Positions 1 through 10,500 of a DNA stretch of 64,000 nt are shown in pieces. The stretch comes from Thermodesulfobacteriota bacterium (lineage in GTDB: Bacteria > Desulfobacterota > Desulfobacteria > Desulfobacterales > C00003060): positions 1 through 64,000 of the forward strand of contig JAXHVD010000016.1 in assembly GCA_034189385.1 (NCBI GenBank), read 5' to 3'. Under the pieces are notes generated by a model. It did not search any database, was not told the DNA's origin, and was given only the letters and a program-made list of their open reading frames with translations. A program made the position numbers and the translations under genes. Every line of letters starts with the position of its first letter. Positions within the stretch are counted from its first letter, which is position 1.

Positions 1-394
1 AACTGAACCTATTTCAAAGGACCACAGTCCAGGAGTTATTTAAGCTTAAACCAGATAGACCACAAGTTACTCATGATATCAAACAGTTAACCCTTGCCTT
101 TTGCTAACCGGACAGTAATGAAGCAAAATCTGAAAATAAAAGCCTTCGTCGGCAACTCAGAAAATGCCGTTATGACCCAGGTCTATGCCGCCCTAATTAC
201 CTATTTGCTCCTGGCCTATCTGAAATTCTTGGCCAAGCTGAATGTGACTCTCACTACATTAATCCGAGTCCTACAACTGAACCTATTTCAAAGGACCACA
301 GTCCAGGAGTTATTTAAGCTTAAACCAGATAGACCACAAGTTACTCATGATATCAAACAGTTAACCCTTACCTTTTGCTAACCGGACAGTAATG
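1..394 (+). mobile_element. 3' end of an IS4-family element (transposase C-terminus plus right inverted repeat), present twice in tandem
   Basis: ORF 94-381 contains KQNLKIKAFVGNSENAVMTQVYAALITYLLL, typical of IS4-family DDE transposase C-termini. The stop is followed by CCGGACAGTAATG (IR-like). Bases 1-120 repeat at 275-394 with one mismatch. Confidence 0.8.
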
Positions 395-904
395 GTTCTA
401 TATAATTTGTAGGAATTACAAAAAGATGTCGTCTGATTCGAATAGTGCGAGACCTTTGCAAAACCTTTGCTGCTTTGGTATTCAGATACGACCCCGCTGC
501 GAGTTACAGCCCCCAAAAGGGCAGAAGAAAGTAAGCGTCTAGTAAGCTGCTCCTGGTGGAGCCTGGAGATACTGGGCGCGATCGAGATATTGAGGTAGGG
601 AGGATCTGAATTCGTCAGCGTTAGGGGCAGTGGGCAGGTAGTGAAAGAGGAATCGGCGATATAGATAAGGATCCAAAAGAGTCCAGAAACCGGCCTGTAG
701 TCGACTCATTTGCGCAAAATCTCGATCGGCTTCACTGATAAGTGCCAGCAAAAGCCTCCAAAGGCCAGAATCAGAAGTGCATCCGCCTAATTCAAGGGTC
801 TCAGTGCGCATTCGAATACGGCATCACATTTAAAAGCATTGAGTTTGAATGTAAATAAATCATGAAATGGATAAAAGAAGGTGAATGATTTGATATAATC
901 GATA

Positions 905-2197
905 TCATGAAGAAGTTTTGGAAAAATGTGGCGTTTTGGATCGTTCCATTTGGGGGGATAAATCGGCCAAAACAACTGAAACAGCAGCGAGCATATACCA
1001 AATGAATTTATGCAGGCTGTGGTCGAACATACCCACGACTAATCTAATCCCAGTAGAAACGATGATTGCTGTTGCGACAGCCTTTAAAGTCAATTCAGTG
1101 TATTCAGATTTTCTAATTTCCCAGGTGGTAAGGATATATTGTTTAGCTAGAAGCACCCATGAAACAGCTCCAAGAATACCCAGTTCACCGAGTAACTCGC
1201 CGTAATGGTTGTGGGCCCAAAGCCTCCAGCCCAGCCACGCCTTTCGGGCGACAGGGAAACAGCCTGGGCCTACACCTAGAACTGGTCTCTTGATCATTAG
1301 CTCTATCCCGCTTATTAGGCCCGCGATTCTGCTGGAGGCCGATTTATCTGAGGCGCCAAGCTCAAATATTGAGCGCATGTGATTCAAATATTCATCTCCC
1401 ATCCCAATTAAGATTGCGGATAAGAATAGTGCAAATAGTGTGAATAATAAGAGTCTTCTTTGTGAGAAGAGGGATATCAGGAGGAACATTACAACAATTC
1501 CGACCATCCCACCTCTACTGCCGCTAATTGCGACTCCAATCATACAAAAAACAAAAAGAGACAGGCCAGCAGACTTCAACCAATTGTTTTTTAATGATAA
1601 AGAAAGATACCACAGAAAAGGCATCCCTTGCAGCAGGTAATGAGCAAGACTGACGTGTCCTGAGGCTATGCCTTTATCAGCTACCGCGTATTCAATTCCG
1701 TAGGCAGAAACGGCTTTTCCTTCTAATACAAACCTGTAGAAGGGGTCATAGGCCAGGTAGGCAGTTAAAATTGCGAAAATCCATAAAAAAAGATTAAGCT
1801 GAGGTCTATTTGTGCAGTATAAAAGAACTAGAATAACGAGAAGTATATTTGGGAGAATCCAAATGTACATTCGATCCCATGAGGTCTTTATGTCAACGGC
1901 TTGAATAAATGAAAGAAGCAACACTATAAGATAAAAAAACATATAACGCATCGTTAGGCTTCGTCTGGCCGAGAGTAGTGTGTCTTTTTTGGCAGTTAAG
2001 AGAATTGCAATTATGCTGTATATTGCGACAATTAGTTCAAGTCTCAGTTTAGCTATAATCGGAAAATGTAAGCCAGGTTTGGTCACGATTAACGTCAAAT
2101 AAGCTGAAGGCAAAAGTACTTTGTGTTTTAGACTGCCTATCAACATGAGAATCGTGATTGACAAAAAAAGTAGATTTATGGTCTGTGGGTCTGGCAT
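905..2197 (-). CDS. O-antigen ligase / Wzy polymerase family membrane protein
   Basis: Many TM segments, SGSRGG motif, and periplasmic loop with GVGPGCF...AHNHYGELLGELGILG (Wzy_C-like). Confidence 0.85.
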   Translation of the reverse strand: MPDPQTINLLFLSITILMLIGSLKHKVLLPSAYLTLIVTKPGLHFPIIAKLRLELIVAIYSIIAILLTAKKDTLLSARRSLTMRYMFFYLIVLLLSFIQAVDIKTSWDRMYIWILPNILLVILVLLYCTNRPQLNLFLWIFAILTAYLAYDPFYRFVLEGKAVSAYGIEYAVADKGIASGHVSLAHYLLQGMPFLWYLSLSLKNNWLKSAGLSLFVFCMIGVAISGSRGGMVGIVVMFLLISLFSQRRLLLFTLFALFLSAILIGMGDEYLNHMRSIFELGASDKSASSRIAGLISGIELMIKRPVLGVGPGCFPVARKAWLGWRLWAHNHYGELLGELGILGAVSWVLLAKQYILTTWEIRKSEYTELTLKAVATAIIVSTGIRLVVGMFDHSLHKFIWYMLAAVSVVLADLSPQMERSKTPHFSKTSS

Positions 2198-2259
2198 CTG
2201 TAGAGTTGAATAATGGCGGGATTCCTAGGCGTGTAGCGCCGTGGAGTCGGAAATGTTTT

Positions 2260-2432
2260 TAGCAGATTGTTGAAAAAGTGTTTTTTGTGTTCAGAAATTG
2301 TACTGACGGTTTATAGTGCTTTCATCACCAAACTGAATGAAGTTATGGAAAATTGTGATGAGAGGCAGCGAAAGAAGACAAAAGGCACTATTCAGTTACG
2401 TTTCCCTGGAGCAACGTATTCCGTGCTCCTAA
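2260..2432 (+). pseudogene. Truncated IS5/IS1182-like element: left end plus first ~22 codons of the transposase
   Basis: TAGCAGATTGTTGAAAAAG (IS-end-like) at 2260-2278. ATG 2358 reads MRGSERRQKALFSYVSLEQRIP, resembling the DUF772-type transposase N-terminus, then stops at 2430-2432. Not in the ORF track. Confidence 0.7.
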
Positions 2433-2528
2433 ATGATGGCTTACCCGGGTGCTTGGCTTTATGGTTGACAAGGGTGCCGCGTTTGCCATTGCAAGGATTT
2501 TAAGAGGTCCAAATAGGAACCTCACGGA

Positions 2529-3662
2529 TCAAAGTTGTTGGGAAGAATTGACGAGGACATTTTCATAGATCGTTAAATAGTCCGAAGCCATCTTTTCGGC
2601 AGAATATTGGGTAGTTGATAATGAATAAGCGTATGAAATCATTTTCTTAAGGGAACCTTTATGACTTGAACAAAGTTCTATTGCGTTAACAAGATCTTTT
2701 ACACTGCGAGGAGCTACCAATATGCCGGCATTTCCGTTGCGCAGTACCATTGGTATGCCGCCAACTTTAGTGGCAACCACTGGAACTTTGGCCTGCATGG
2801 CCTCTAACAAGGTTATCGGGAAGCCTTCCGTAAGAGATGGGATCACAAAAACAGTGAACGTAGGAATGTAATTTCTGGCATCTTTGAGATAGCCTGGCAT
2901 TAGGACACTGCCTTCAATGGCACTTTTTTTAACTATTGATTCTAGAAATTGCCGCTCGGGACCTTCTCCTATAATAACAAGTCTTACGTTCAATCCCTTT
3001 CTTATCAAAACTTGAACACATTTGATAAGATATCGAAACCCTTTTTCTTCTGATAAACGTCCAATTGCGCCTATTGTAATCCCATTCTTGTCAAAGGATC
3101 CCGACTGTTTATCAAAAGAAACCTCGGAAGTTTTGAAGTCTATTTTCGAAATGCCATTATGCACGGTTAAAAGCTTTGATCTAATTGGTTTTAGGTTGGG
3201 ATGATATTTCATGGCCTCGGTTACAACGACTACCGCATCCATAAATCTCATACTAAATGCATCGAGTTGTTCATATATCCACATTTTAGAAAACTGTTCG
3301 GTACTGGTCCAGCCATGAACAGTAGTGACAATCGGCAATGTTCTTGAGAAAAAGGATGTCAATCCTAAAAGAATATTGGGTTTATAGCCATGACAGTGTA
3401 TAATGTCATAATTGTGATTCTTTGCCCATTTAGCGATTTTTGTTGCACGCAACAAATCCAGCCCCGGTCGTAATGGCAAAACACTAAACTCAATTCCTGT
3501 CTTGAATGCCTCTGACTCAATTGAGGGGTCAGTTCCATGAGCGGGCCTCATATTGAGGATTGCGGGTTGTAGCCCTACGCGGCTTTGTTCCACAGCAAGG
3601 TTTATTAAGACATTTTCCGCGCCATATTGGCCTTCGCTGTCTATGACATGAAGTAGTTTCAT
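2529..3662 (-). CDS. Glycosyltransferase family 4
   Basis: GAE N-terminal motif, GRLSEEKG, and EGFPITLLEAM (EX7E). Confidence 0.92.
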   Translation of the reverse strand: MKLLHVIDSEGQYGAENVLINLAVEQSRVGLQPAILNMRPAHGTDPSIESEAFKTGIEFSVLPLRPGLDLLRATKIAKWAKNHNYDIIHCHGYKPNILLGLTSFFSRTLPIVTTVHGWTSTEQFSKMWIYEQLDAFSMRFMDAVVVVTEAMKYHPNLKPIRSKLLTVHNGISKIDFKTSEVSFDKQSGSFDKNGITIGAIGRLSEEKGFRYLIKCVQVLIRKGLNVRLVIIGEGPERQFLESIVKKSAIEGSVLMPGYLKDARNYIPTFTVFVIPSLTEGFPITLLEAMQAKVPVVATKVGGIPMVLRNGNAGILVAPRSVKDLVNAIELCSSHKGSLKKMISYAYSLSTTQYSAEKMASDYLTIYENVLVNSSQQL

Positions 3663-3678
3663 ACCATTTTTGAAGTAA

Positions 3679-4464
3679 TTAGTCGGAAAGTCTATTCAAG
3701 AATATGGACTTAAGACGTATGTAGTTGCGGTATCCCAATAATAGTTTAAGATTTCGCAGTATTCCTTCACTACAATACCTTAAGATAAGACGAGCTTTGC
3801 GTCTTGTTATGATATCCATGAATTGCCGTATAGGTAGATCAGTTTTCACAGTAAACCTTGGCAGTACTTTGAACGCAGCCCTATTGGGTTTGTAATACCC
3901 GAAGTTTTCAGTTATGGCGGTATTGTATCCGGCATGTTCAACGAAAGTCAAAATCCGTCTATTGTAGAAACCATATGGTATAGAAAAATGACATACATCG
4001 TGCTTCAAAAGGTGGCTTATCTCAGTTCTAGATTGGACAAGTTCCTTATACAGCTCTGTGTCACTCAAAGAAAGCAAGTTGGTATGGGTTAACGAGTGAC
4101 TACCAAAGCCCATACCATCGTGATACATCTCAATGATATTCTTCTTTTGCAAATAGTCGTTAGTGCCGACACGTTCCCAGACAATAAGGAAAGTCGCCGA
4201 AAGGCGAAAGGTCTTTAGGATGGGATAGGCCAGTTCGTAGTTGCTTAGATGGCCGTCATCGAAAGTAAGAACAATAGATTTGTCATCAAGGCGTCCTGTT
4301 AATAGCTGGTCTAAAGTTAATGTTGTGTAACCAGTGGAATGAAGCCATTGCATTTGGTTGTAGAAATCCTGCACGTTAAGTATATAGGGTGAGTGGAATG
4401 ACTTGGTGGAATCAGTTTTGTGGCTCAGATCATGATATTCAAGTATCGGGACATGTATAGCCAT
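3679..4464 (-). CDS. Polysaccharide deacetylase (CE4/NodB-like)
   Basis: PILEYH, LTFDDG, GSHSLTH and SIPYG motifs. Confidence 0.92.
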   Translation of the reverse strand: MAIHVPILEYHDLSHKTDSTKSFHSPYILNVQDFYNQMQWLHSTGYTTLTLDQLLTGRLDDKSIVLTFDDGHLSNYELAYPILKTFRLSATFLIVWERVGTNDYLQKKNIIEMYHDGMGFGSHSLTHTNLLSLSDTELYKELVQSRTEISHLLKHDVCHFSIPYGFYNRRILTFVEHAGYNTAITENFGYYKPNRAAFKVLPRFTVKTDLPIRQFMDIITRRKARLILRYCSEGILRNLKLLLGYRNYIRLKSIFLNRLSD

Positions 4465-4485
4465 AGTTGTAAGCTTACAGCGTGA

Positions 4486-5457
4486 TCAAGCAGTTCTGGA
4501 CCTTATACCGAGGAAGCCAGTCAAGCTGACTAGGAGCGCCTTAATTTGCTTAAATGAGATTGAACGTCTAAAGCTTTTCAGGATAGCAACCGAAGCGGCA
4601 CCATATTCATTCTTCTTTCTATGAAGATAGGAAAGTTGTAAGAGCCTACGGGTAATAACGTCGTCAACAATGCTTTGTTCTGTCATTGTGAGAGGCCAAT
4701 TTGTTTCATATTTGCGCGACAAGAAAAGGCCAGTTTCAATGTGTCTTTGTTTCAAATCTAAGTCATTTCTGGTCAGGTTTAAATCGTGCCTACGTAGGAC
4801 AAAAACGGGATCTTCTCGATATGCAAATGTCGCGGTTCCGTCCTTATAAAGCCTTATAGCGTAATCCCGATCCTCACCAAAGAGTAGAGCCTCATCTAAA
4901 AGAATGTCGTTAGTTGCAGATGTTCTGATGATTGCACTTCCGAAATGAAAAAAGCCAGCTTGAAGCAGGGCCGTAAATAGGTTGCCCTCAACTACTCTGA
5001 AGTTCGGTTGTACTTCTGAGGATATGAGAGACAAAAGACTTTTGTGCTGGTCAAAGAAATCATATGGGTGCTTTCCATCATTCATGTCAACCACGCGAAA
5101 GTTGCCGAAGAGGACGCCGACGTGAGGGTGGTCATCAAGAAAGCTGACACCTTTTATCAAATGCCCATCAAGCCAAACATCATCAGAGTCGAGAAAGGCA
5201 AGATACTCTCCTCGTGCCTTGAGAATGCCGGCGTTGCGAGCACCGGCCGGACCGGTCTGCCGGTCGTTGGGACAGTATGAGATATAAGGAAACTGGAGCT
5301 GCATAGATTGTATCACGGATAGTGTGTCGTCGGTGGAGCCATCATCAACGATAATGATCTCTATGTCTGGACATTGTTGGTCATTTATGCTCTTTATAGC
5401 GGAAATAAGCAATCGCGCCCTGTTGTGAGTGGGTATTATGATGGTTACCTTTGGCAT
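4486..5457 (-). CDS. Glycosyltransferase family 2
   Basis: IIIPTHNR, VDDGSTD, ARNAG, FLDSDD and ED motifs. Confidence 0.92.
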   Translation of the reverse strand: MPKVTIIIPTHNRARLLISAIKSINDQQCPDIEIIIVDDGSTDDTLSVIQSMQLQFPYISYCPNDRQTGPAGARNAGILKARGEYLAFLDSDDVWLDGHLIKGVSFLDDHPHVGVLFGNFRVVDMNDGKHPYDFFDQHKSLLSLISSEVQPNFRVVEGNLFTALLQAGFFHFGSAIIRTSATNDILLDEALLFGEDRDYAIRLYKDGTATFAYREDPVFVLRRHDLNLTRNDLDLKQRHIETGLFLSRKYETNWPLTMTEQSIVDDVITRRLLQLSYLHRKKNEYGAASVAILKSFRRSISFKQIKALLVSLTGFLGIRSRTA

Positions 5458-5586
5458 TTGGTTGGATGATGCAATCCGAACTGCTACAAAAGCGGTTAAT
5501 GAAGTGTCGCTAAATGAGCCAGATACTGGCCGCGATCCAGATACTGAGACAACAAGGAGTTGAGTTCGTCTTGATTACTGTTTTCA

Positions 5587-6147
5587 ATACCCCACTCCTT
5601 GCGGCAGGCGCAAAAGGCAGTGTAATATAGCCGTCTCATGGAATTAGGAAAAAGATCACATAGCGTATACAAAAGCCGTTATCACATTGTAACGGCGGTC
5701 AAATATCGCAGGGTTTTGCTCAATAGAGAGATTGAGGAATGTGTCCGGGAGATCCTTAAAGGGATCTCGGAAGGATATGAAATAGTTATAGATGAAGGTG
5801 ACTTTTACGGAGATCATATTCACTTTTTTTGTGGCTTTCCGCCACGGATATCCGCGCTCCGTTTCGTAAGGACAATTAAATCGATTAATGCAAGGAGAAT
5901 ACTTGACAGGTTTCCCAAACTCAAGAGAGATGAGGTTGGGGGTGCAGCATTCTGGAGCCATGGCAAATACATTGGGACGGTAGGTGAAGCAAGATCCGAG
6001 AAGAGAATCAGAAATTACGTCCGGAATCAAGGTGAGACCAAGAAAGAGAGAGAAAATGGGATGAAGCAGCTCAAGTCGTTCACATTTTCATAAAACGTCC
6101 GAGGGGATTGGATACCCCGGGCGCTTGCGGTGGAGTCATTCATTCAA
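5587..6147 (+). mobile_element. IS200/IS605-family element (tnpA only)
   Basis: tnpA is flanked by related subterminal motifs ATACCCC...CTTGCGG at 5587-5608 and 6112-6133, with TTCAA at 6143-6147. It is inserted opposite to the operon orientation. Confidence 0.75.
5638..6093 (+). CDS. tnpA: IS200/IS605 HUH (Y1) transposase
   Basis: YHIV..VKYRR, HUH motif DHIHF, FWS.G.Y, and catalytic Y in YVRNQ; 151 aa. Confidence 0.93.
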   Translation: MELGKRSHSVYKSRYHIVTAVKYRRVLLNREIEECVREILKGISEGYEIVIDEGDFYGDHIHFFCGFPPRISALRFVRTIKSINARRILDRFPKLKRDEVGGAAFWSHGKYIGTVGEARSEKRIRNYVRNQGETKKERENGMKQLKSFTFS

Positions 6148-6277
6148 GAGGTGGGGCTTATAACCGTTTGGGAAGTGACTAAGCCATAACGTTCTGCATA
6201 AGAGGAGTAGAGCATAGGATGACCCAGATGGCACTCAGTTTGTATGCACGCGTGGGCTATTTTTGCTGGGCTTCTTG

Positions 6278-7183
6278 TCATCCCATTGTTGTTCTCCCAC
6301 GTTTCGTCAATTGTCGGCTGGCAATTGCGAGATCACTCTTTAGAAGCGGGAAGAACCATTTAAACCATCTCACAAGTTGAATATAGCAGGAAAGGCGTTC
6401 ATCGAACCTTAGGCTGACTTTGCCGACAGACTTGAAATACTCAATAAAGTAACGCCAAATGGGCATGTGAATCCTTGGATGGAGGTTTGGGTCAAACCAT
6501 TGTACTACATTAGGAACTGGTTTTCTTACAGACCTGGCAGAGTGCTCTCTTGAAAGGAAGAGGTAGTCATGTATTCTATATATCTTTCCCTCTAAACTTA
6601 ATGCAACCAAGAGGCAGCGATCCGAGCCAAAGTAAGGTGCAATCAAAGGGGTTTTGCTGAGGACATCGGAGCGGATCAAACCGAATATGTCATAGCAGTG
6701 AAGACTAAAACTCATAGCAGAAAAGAAGCGCCTATGAGGGTGAGGGGAATCAAGATGTGTTAGATTATCATTGTGGTCCTTTAATACGATTCCATTCTCA
6801 TCTATTATGCGTACTAGTGAATGACACAGAACCACGTCTCTGTTATTCTCAAGCACGTCAAAACATCTCGACAGAAACGTCTTGTTGAGTAAATCATCGT
6901 GCGCGGCCCATTTGAAATATTTGCCAAATGATAACGCAAAGGTGCGATTGAAATTATGAGCGGCACCAATGTTTTGATGATTACTATAATAACGTATGCG
7001 AGGATCCAGATTGGCGTAATGTAAACATATATCTTGGGTGCTGTCGTTTGAAGCATTGTCGGATATTAATAGTTCAAAATCTTCGAAGGTTTGGGAAAGT
7101 ATAGAAAGTATCGCCTCTTCTAAGTAAAGCTCACCGTTAAACACCGGAAGGCCAATGCTAACTGTTGGATGTGTTTGGTTCAT
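6278..7183 (-). CDS. Glycosyltransferase family 2
   Basis: VSIGLPVFNG, ISDNASND and WAAHDD motifs. Start reassigned to ATG 7183 (MNQTHP) from the track's upstream TTG. Confidence 0.9.
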   Translation of the reverse strand: MNQTHPTVSIGLPVFNGELYLEEAILSILSQTFEDFELLISDNASNDSTQDICLHYANLDPRIRYYSNHQNIGAAHNFNRTFALSFGKYFKWAAHDDLLNKTFLSRCFDVLENNRDVVLCHSLVRIIDENGIVLKDHNDNLTHLDSPHPHRRFFSAMSFSLHCYDIFGLIRSDVLSKTPLIAPYFGSDRCLLVALSLEGKIYRIHDYLFLSREHSARSVRKPVPNVVQWFDPNLHPRIHMPIWRYFIEYFKSVGKVSLRFDERLSCYIQLVRWFKWFFPLLKSDLAIASRQLTKRGRTTMG

Positions 7184-7519
7184 GAAAAGCGGCAAAGAAG
7201 GTGAGGAGTAAAATGTGCATGATATATTTAGTGGTATAGAGCACGGGAAGCCCAAGCTGCATATGAAGGCTTAAGAAGAGTAGAGAAGGTGTTCCCTACG
7301 CTGGGAATGGACAACCCTTTCAGACGAGGCCACATGGAAGGTGGCTTTCATGCGCGTTTGAAAATAGTTTCTTGCGGTCCTCATATGGAAGGAAGATTGG
7401 TAGTGATATTTAAACGGAGAGGATGGCAAACATGCTCAATGGGATTTGGTTGGGCCTAGCAGCAGGGTGTGACTCAGACCTAAACATAAAGAAGACTTGG
7501 AAGAGGGGATCATGAAAGG

Positions 7520-10500
7520 CTAGCTGCTGTCGCCATCCTCTGGGATAATAGGCGAGGCTGTATTAAAGAAATAGTCGATCACGGCAGTATGGGGTACATT
7601 GTCGGAACTGCCGCCGTACACACCTGCCGCTGTCACGGTCATAACCTGAGTAAATGTGGTGGCTGTGCTCCAGGAGCTACCATCATAGGAGTAGGAAACT
7701 GTCCATAAATTCCCCTCGCGACCTACCCGCAGATAGATCGGTTGCGCCGCGGTTATGCCCTTCATGACATGGATCTTATAGCTGGTCCCAAAGATACTAG
7801 CTGCAAAAACCTTGAAAACACCATTTACTCGATGAAACTCAATGCGTAAAAGATTCGCTGCATCCTCCTCAATCACAATGCCTTGAAGCTGGGAATTCTG
7901 GGTGATCGCGGACTCAAACTTGGCCTCTACTTCAAAATCCGTATTTTCTACATACTGCAGTATCCGAGGCAGGAAGTTTCCATTGGTCCAAACACTGTGA
8001 CTCTGAGTGGTTGCAGGTATCGTAAACTCCACTTGTGTCCCGGTCATGTCTAGTGCCACATCACCCACAGGATCTATAAAGGTCCATAGCTCAGAATTAA
8101 GAACCGCAGCACTAAAATCGTCTGAAATTACTGTACCTTCAACATCAACACTTGGTGTCGTAAACGCTAAATCAGTACTGTCAGCCGTGTTTCCGGAACC
8201 GTCCTCGGAACTGATTTGATAATGATACGTTGTGCCGGATTCAAGGCCGGTGAGTAACAGCTGATGGGAGCTCACTAAAGCCGCATCTGATTCCGAGCTG
8301 CCGTAACTTGTATCCAGGCCATAGTCCACGCGACTGTTTGCCGGCTCATCGGTCGTCCAGGTGATCGTGGCCGTACTCGTATCCGCAACCACATCCATCC
8401 CGCTGATAACCGGTGGCGTCGTGTCGCCAGCAGGGATACTTTCAGTGGCAAACGTCAGATCAGCACTGCTAGCTGTGTTTCCGGAACCGTCCTCGGAACT
8501 GATTTGATAATGATACGTTGTGCCGGATTCAAGCCCGGTGAGTAACACCTGATGGGAGTTCACTAAAGCTGCATGTGATTCCGAGCTGCCGTAACTGGTA
8601 TGCAGGCCATAGTCCACTTGACTCGTTGCCGGCTCATCGGTCGTCCACCTGATCGTGGCCGTACTCGTATCCGGAACCACATCCATCCCGGTGATAACCG
8701 GTGGCGTGGTGTCGCCGGCGCTGTCGCCATCCTCTGGGATAATAGGCGAGGCTGTATTAAAGAAATAGTCGATCACGGCAGTATGGGGTACATTGTCGGA
8801 ACTGCCGCCGTACACACCTGCCGCTGTCACGGTCATAACCTGAGTAAATGTGGTGGCTGTGCTCCAGGAGCTACCATCATAGGAGTAGGAAACTGTCCAT
8901 AAATTCCCCTCGCGACCTACCCGCAGATAGATCGGTTGCGCCGCGGTTATGCCCTTCATGACATGGATCTTATAGCTGGTCCCAAAGATACTAGCTGCAA
9001 AAACCTTGAAAACACCATTTACTCGATGAAACTCAATGCGTAAAAGATTCGCTGCATCCTCCTCAATCACAATGCCTTGAAGCTGGGAATTCTGGGTGAT
9101 CGCGGACTCAAACTTGGCCTCTACTTCAAAATCCGTATTTTCTACATACTGCAGTATCCGAGGCAGGAAGTTTCCATTGGTCCAAACACTGTGACTCTGA
9201 GTGGTTGCAGGTATCGTAAACTCCACTTGTGTCCCGGTCATGTCTAGTGCCACATCACCCACAGGATCTATAAAGGTCCATAGCTCAGAATTAAGAACCG
9301 CAGCACTAAAATCGTCTGAAATTACTGTACCTTCAACATCAACACTTGGTGTCGTAAACGCTAAATCAGTACTGTCAGCCGTGTTTCCGGAACCGTCCTC
9401 GGAACTGATTTGATAATGATACGTTGTGCCGGATTCAAGGCCGGTGAGTAACAGCTGATGGGAGCTCACTAAAGCCGCATCTGATTCCGAGCTGCCGTAA
9501 CTTGTATCCAGGCCATAGTCCACGCGACTGTTTGCCGGCTCATCGGTCGTCCAGGTGATCGTGGCCGTACTCGTATCCGCAACCACATCCATCCCGCTGA
9601 TAACCGGTGGCGTCGTGTCGCCAGCAGGGATACTTTCAGTGGCAAACGTCAGATCAGCACTGCTAGCTGTGTTTCCGGAACCGTCCTCGGAACTGATTTG
9701 ATAATGATACGTTGTGCCGGATTCAAGCCCGGTGAGTAACACCTGATGGGAGTTCACTAAAGCTGCATGTGATTCCGAGCTGCCGTAACTGGTATGCAGG
9801 CCATAGTCCACTTGACTCGTTGCCGGCTCATCGGTCGTCCACCTGATCGTGGCCGTACTCGTATCCGGAACCACATCCACCCCGCTGATAACCGGTGGCG
9901 TCGTGTCGCCAGCAGGGATACTTTCAGTGCTAAACGTCAGATCAGCACTGCTAGCTGTGTTTCCGGAACCGTCCTCAGAACTGATTTGATAATGATACGC
10001 TGTGCCGGATTCAAGACCGGTGAGTAAGACCTGATGGGAGCTCACCAAAGCCGCATGTGATTCCGAGCTGCCGTAACTGGTATCCAGGCCATAGTCCACT
10101 TGACTGGTTGCCGGCTCATCGGTCGTCCACCTGATCGTGGCCGTACTCGTATCCGCAACCACATCCATCCCGCTGATAAGCGGTGGCGTGGTGTCGCCGG
10201 CGCTGTCGCCATCCTCTGGGATAATAGGCGAGGCTGTATTAAAGAAATAGTCGATCACGGCAGTATGGGGTACATTGTTGGAACTGCCGCCGTACACACC
10301 TGCCGCCGTCACGGTCATAACCTGAGTAAATGTGGTGGCCGTGCTCCAGGAGCTACCATCATAGGAGTAGGAAACTGTCCATAAATTGCCCTCCCGACCT
10401 ACCCGCAGATACATCGGTTGCGCCGCGGTAATCTTCTTCATAACATGGATCTTGTAGCTGGTCCCAAAGATACTAGCTGCAAAAACCTTCAAATCACCAT

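Noticed and set aside
449..811. GAGACCTTTGCAAAA (IS5/IS1106-like end) at 449-463 and 90-aa ORF 539-811
   Set aside because: No partner IR, and no recognisable motif or RBS in the ORF. It may be further IS debris but cannot be supported by eye.
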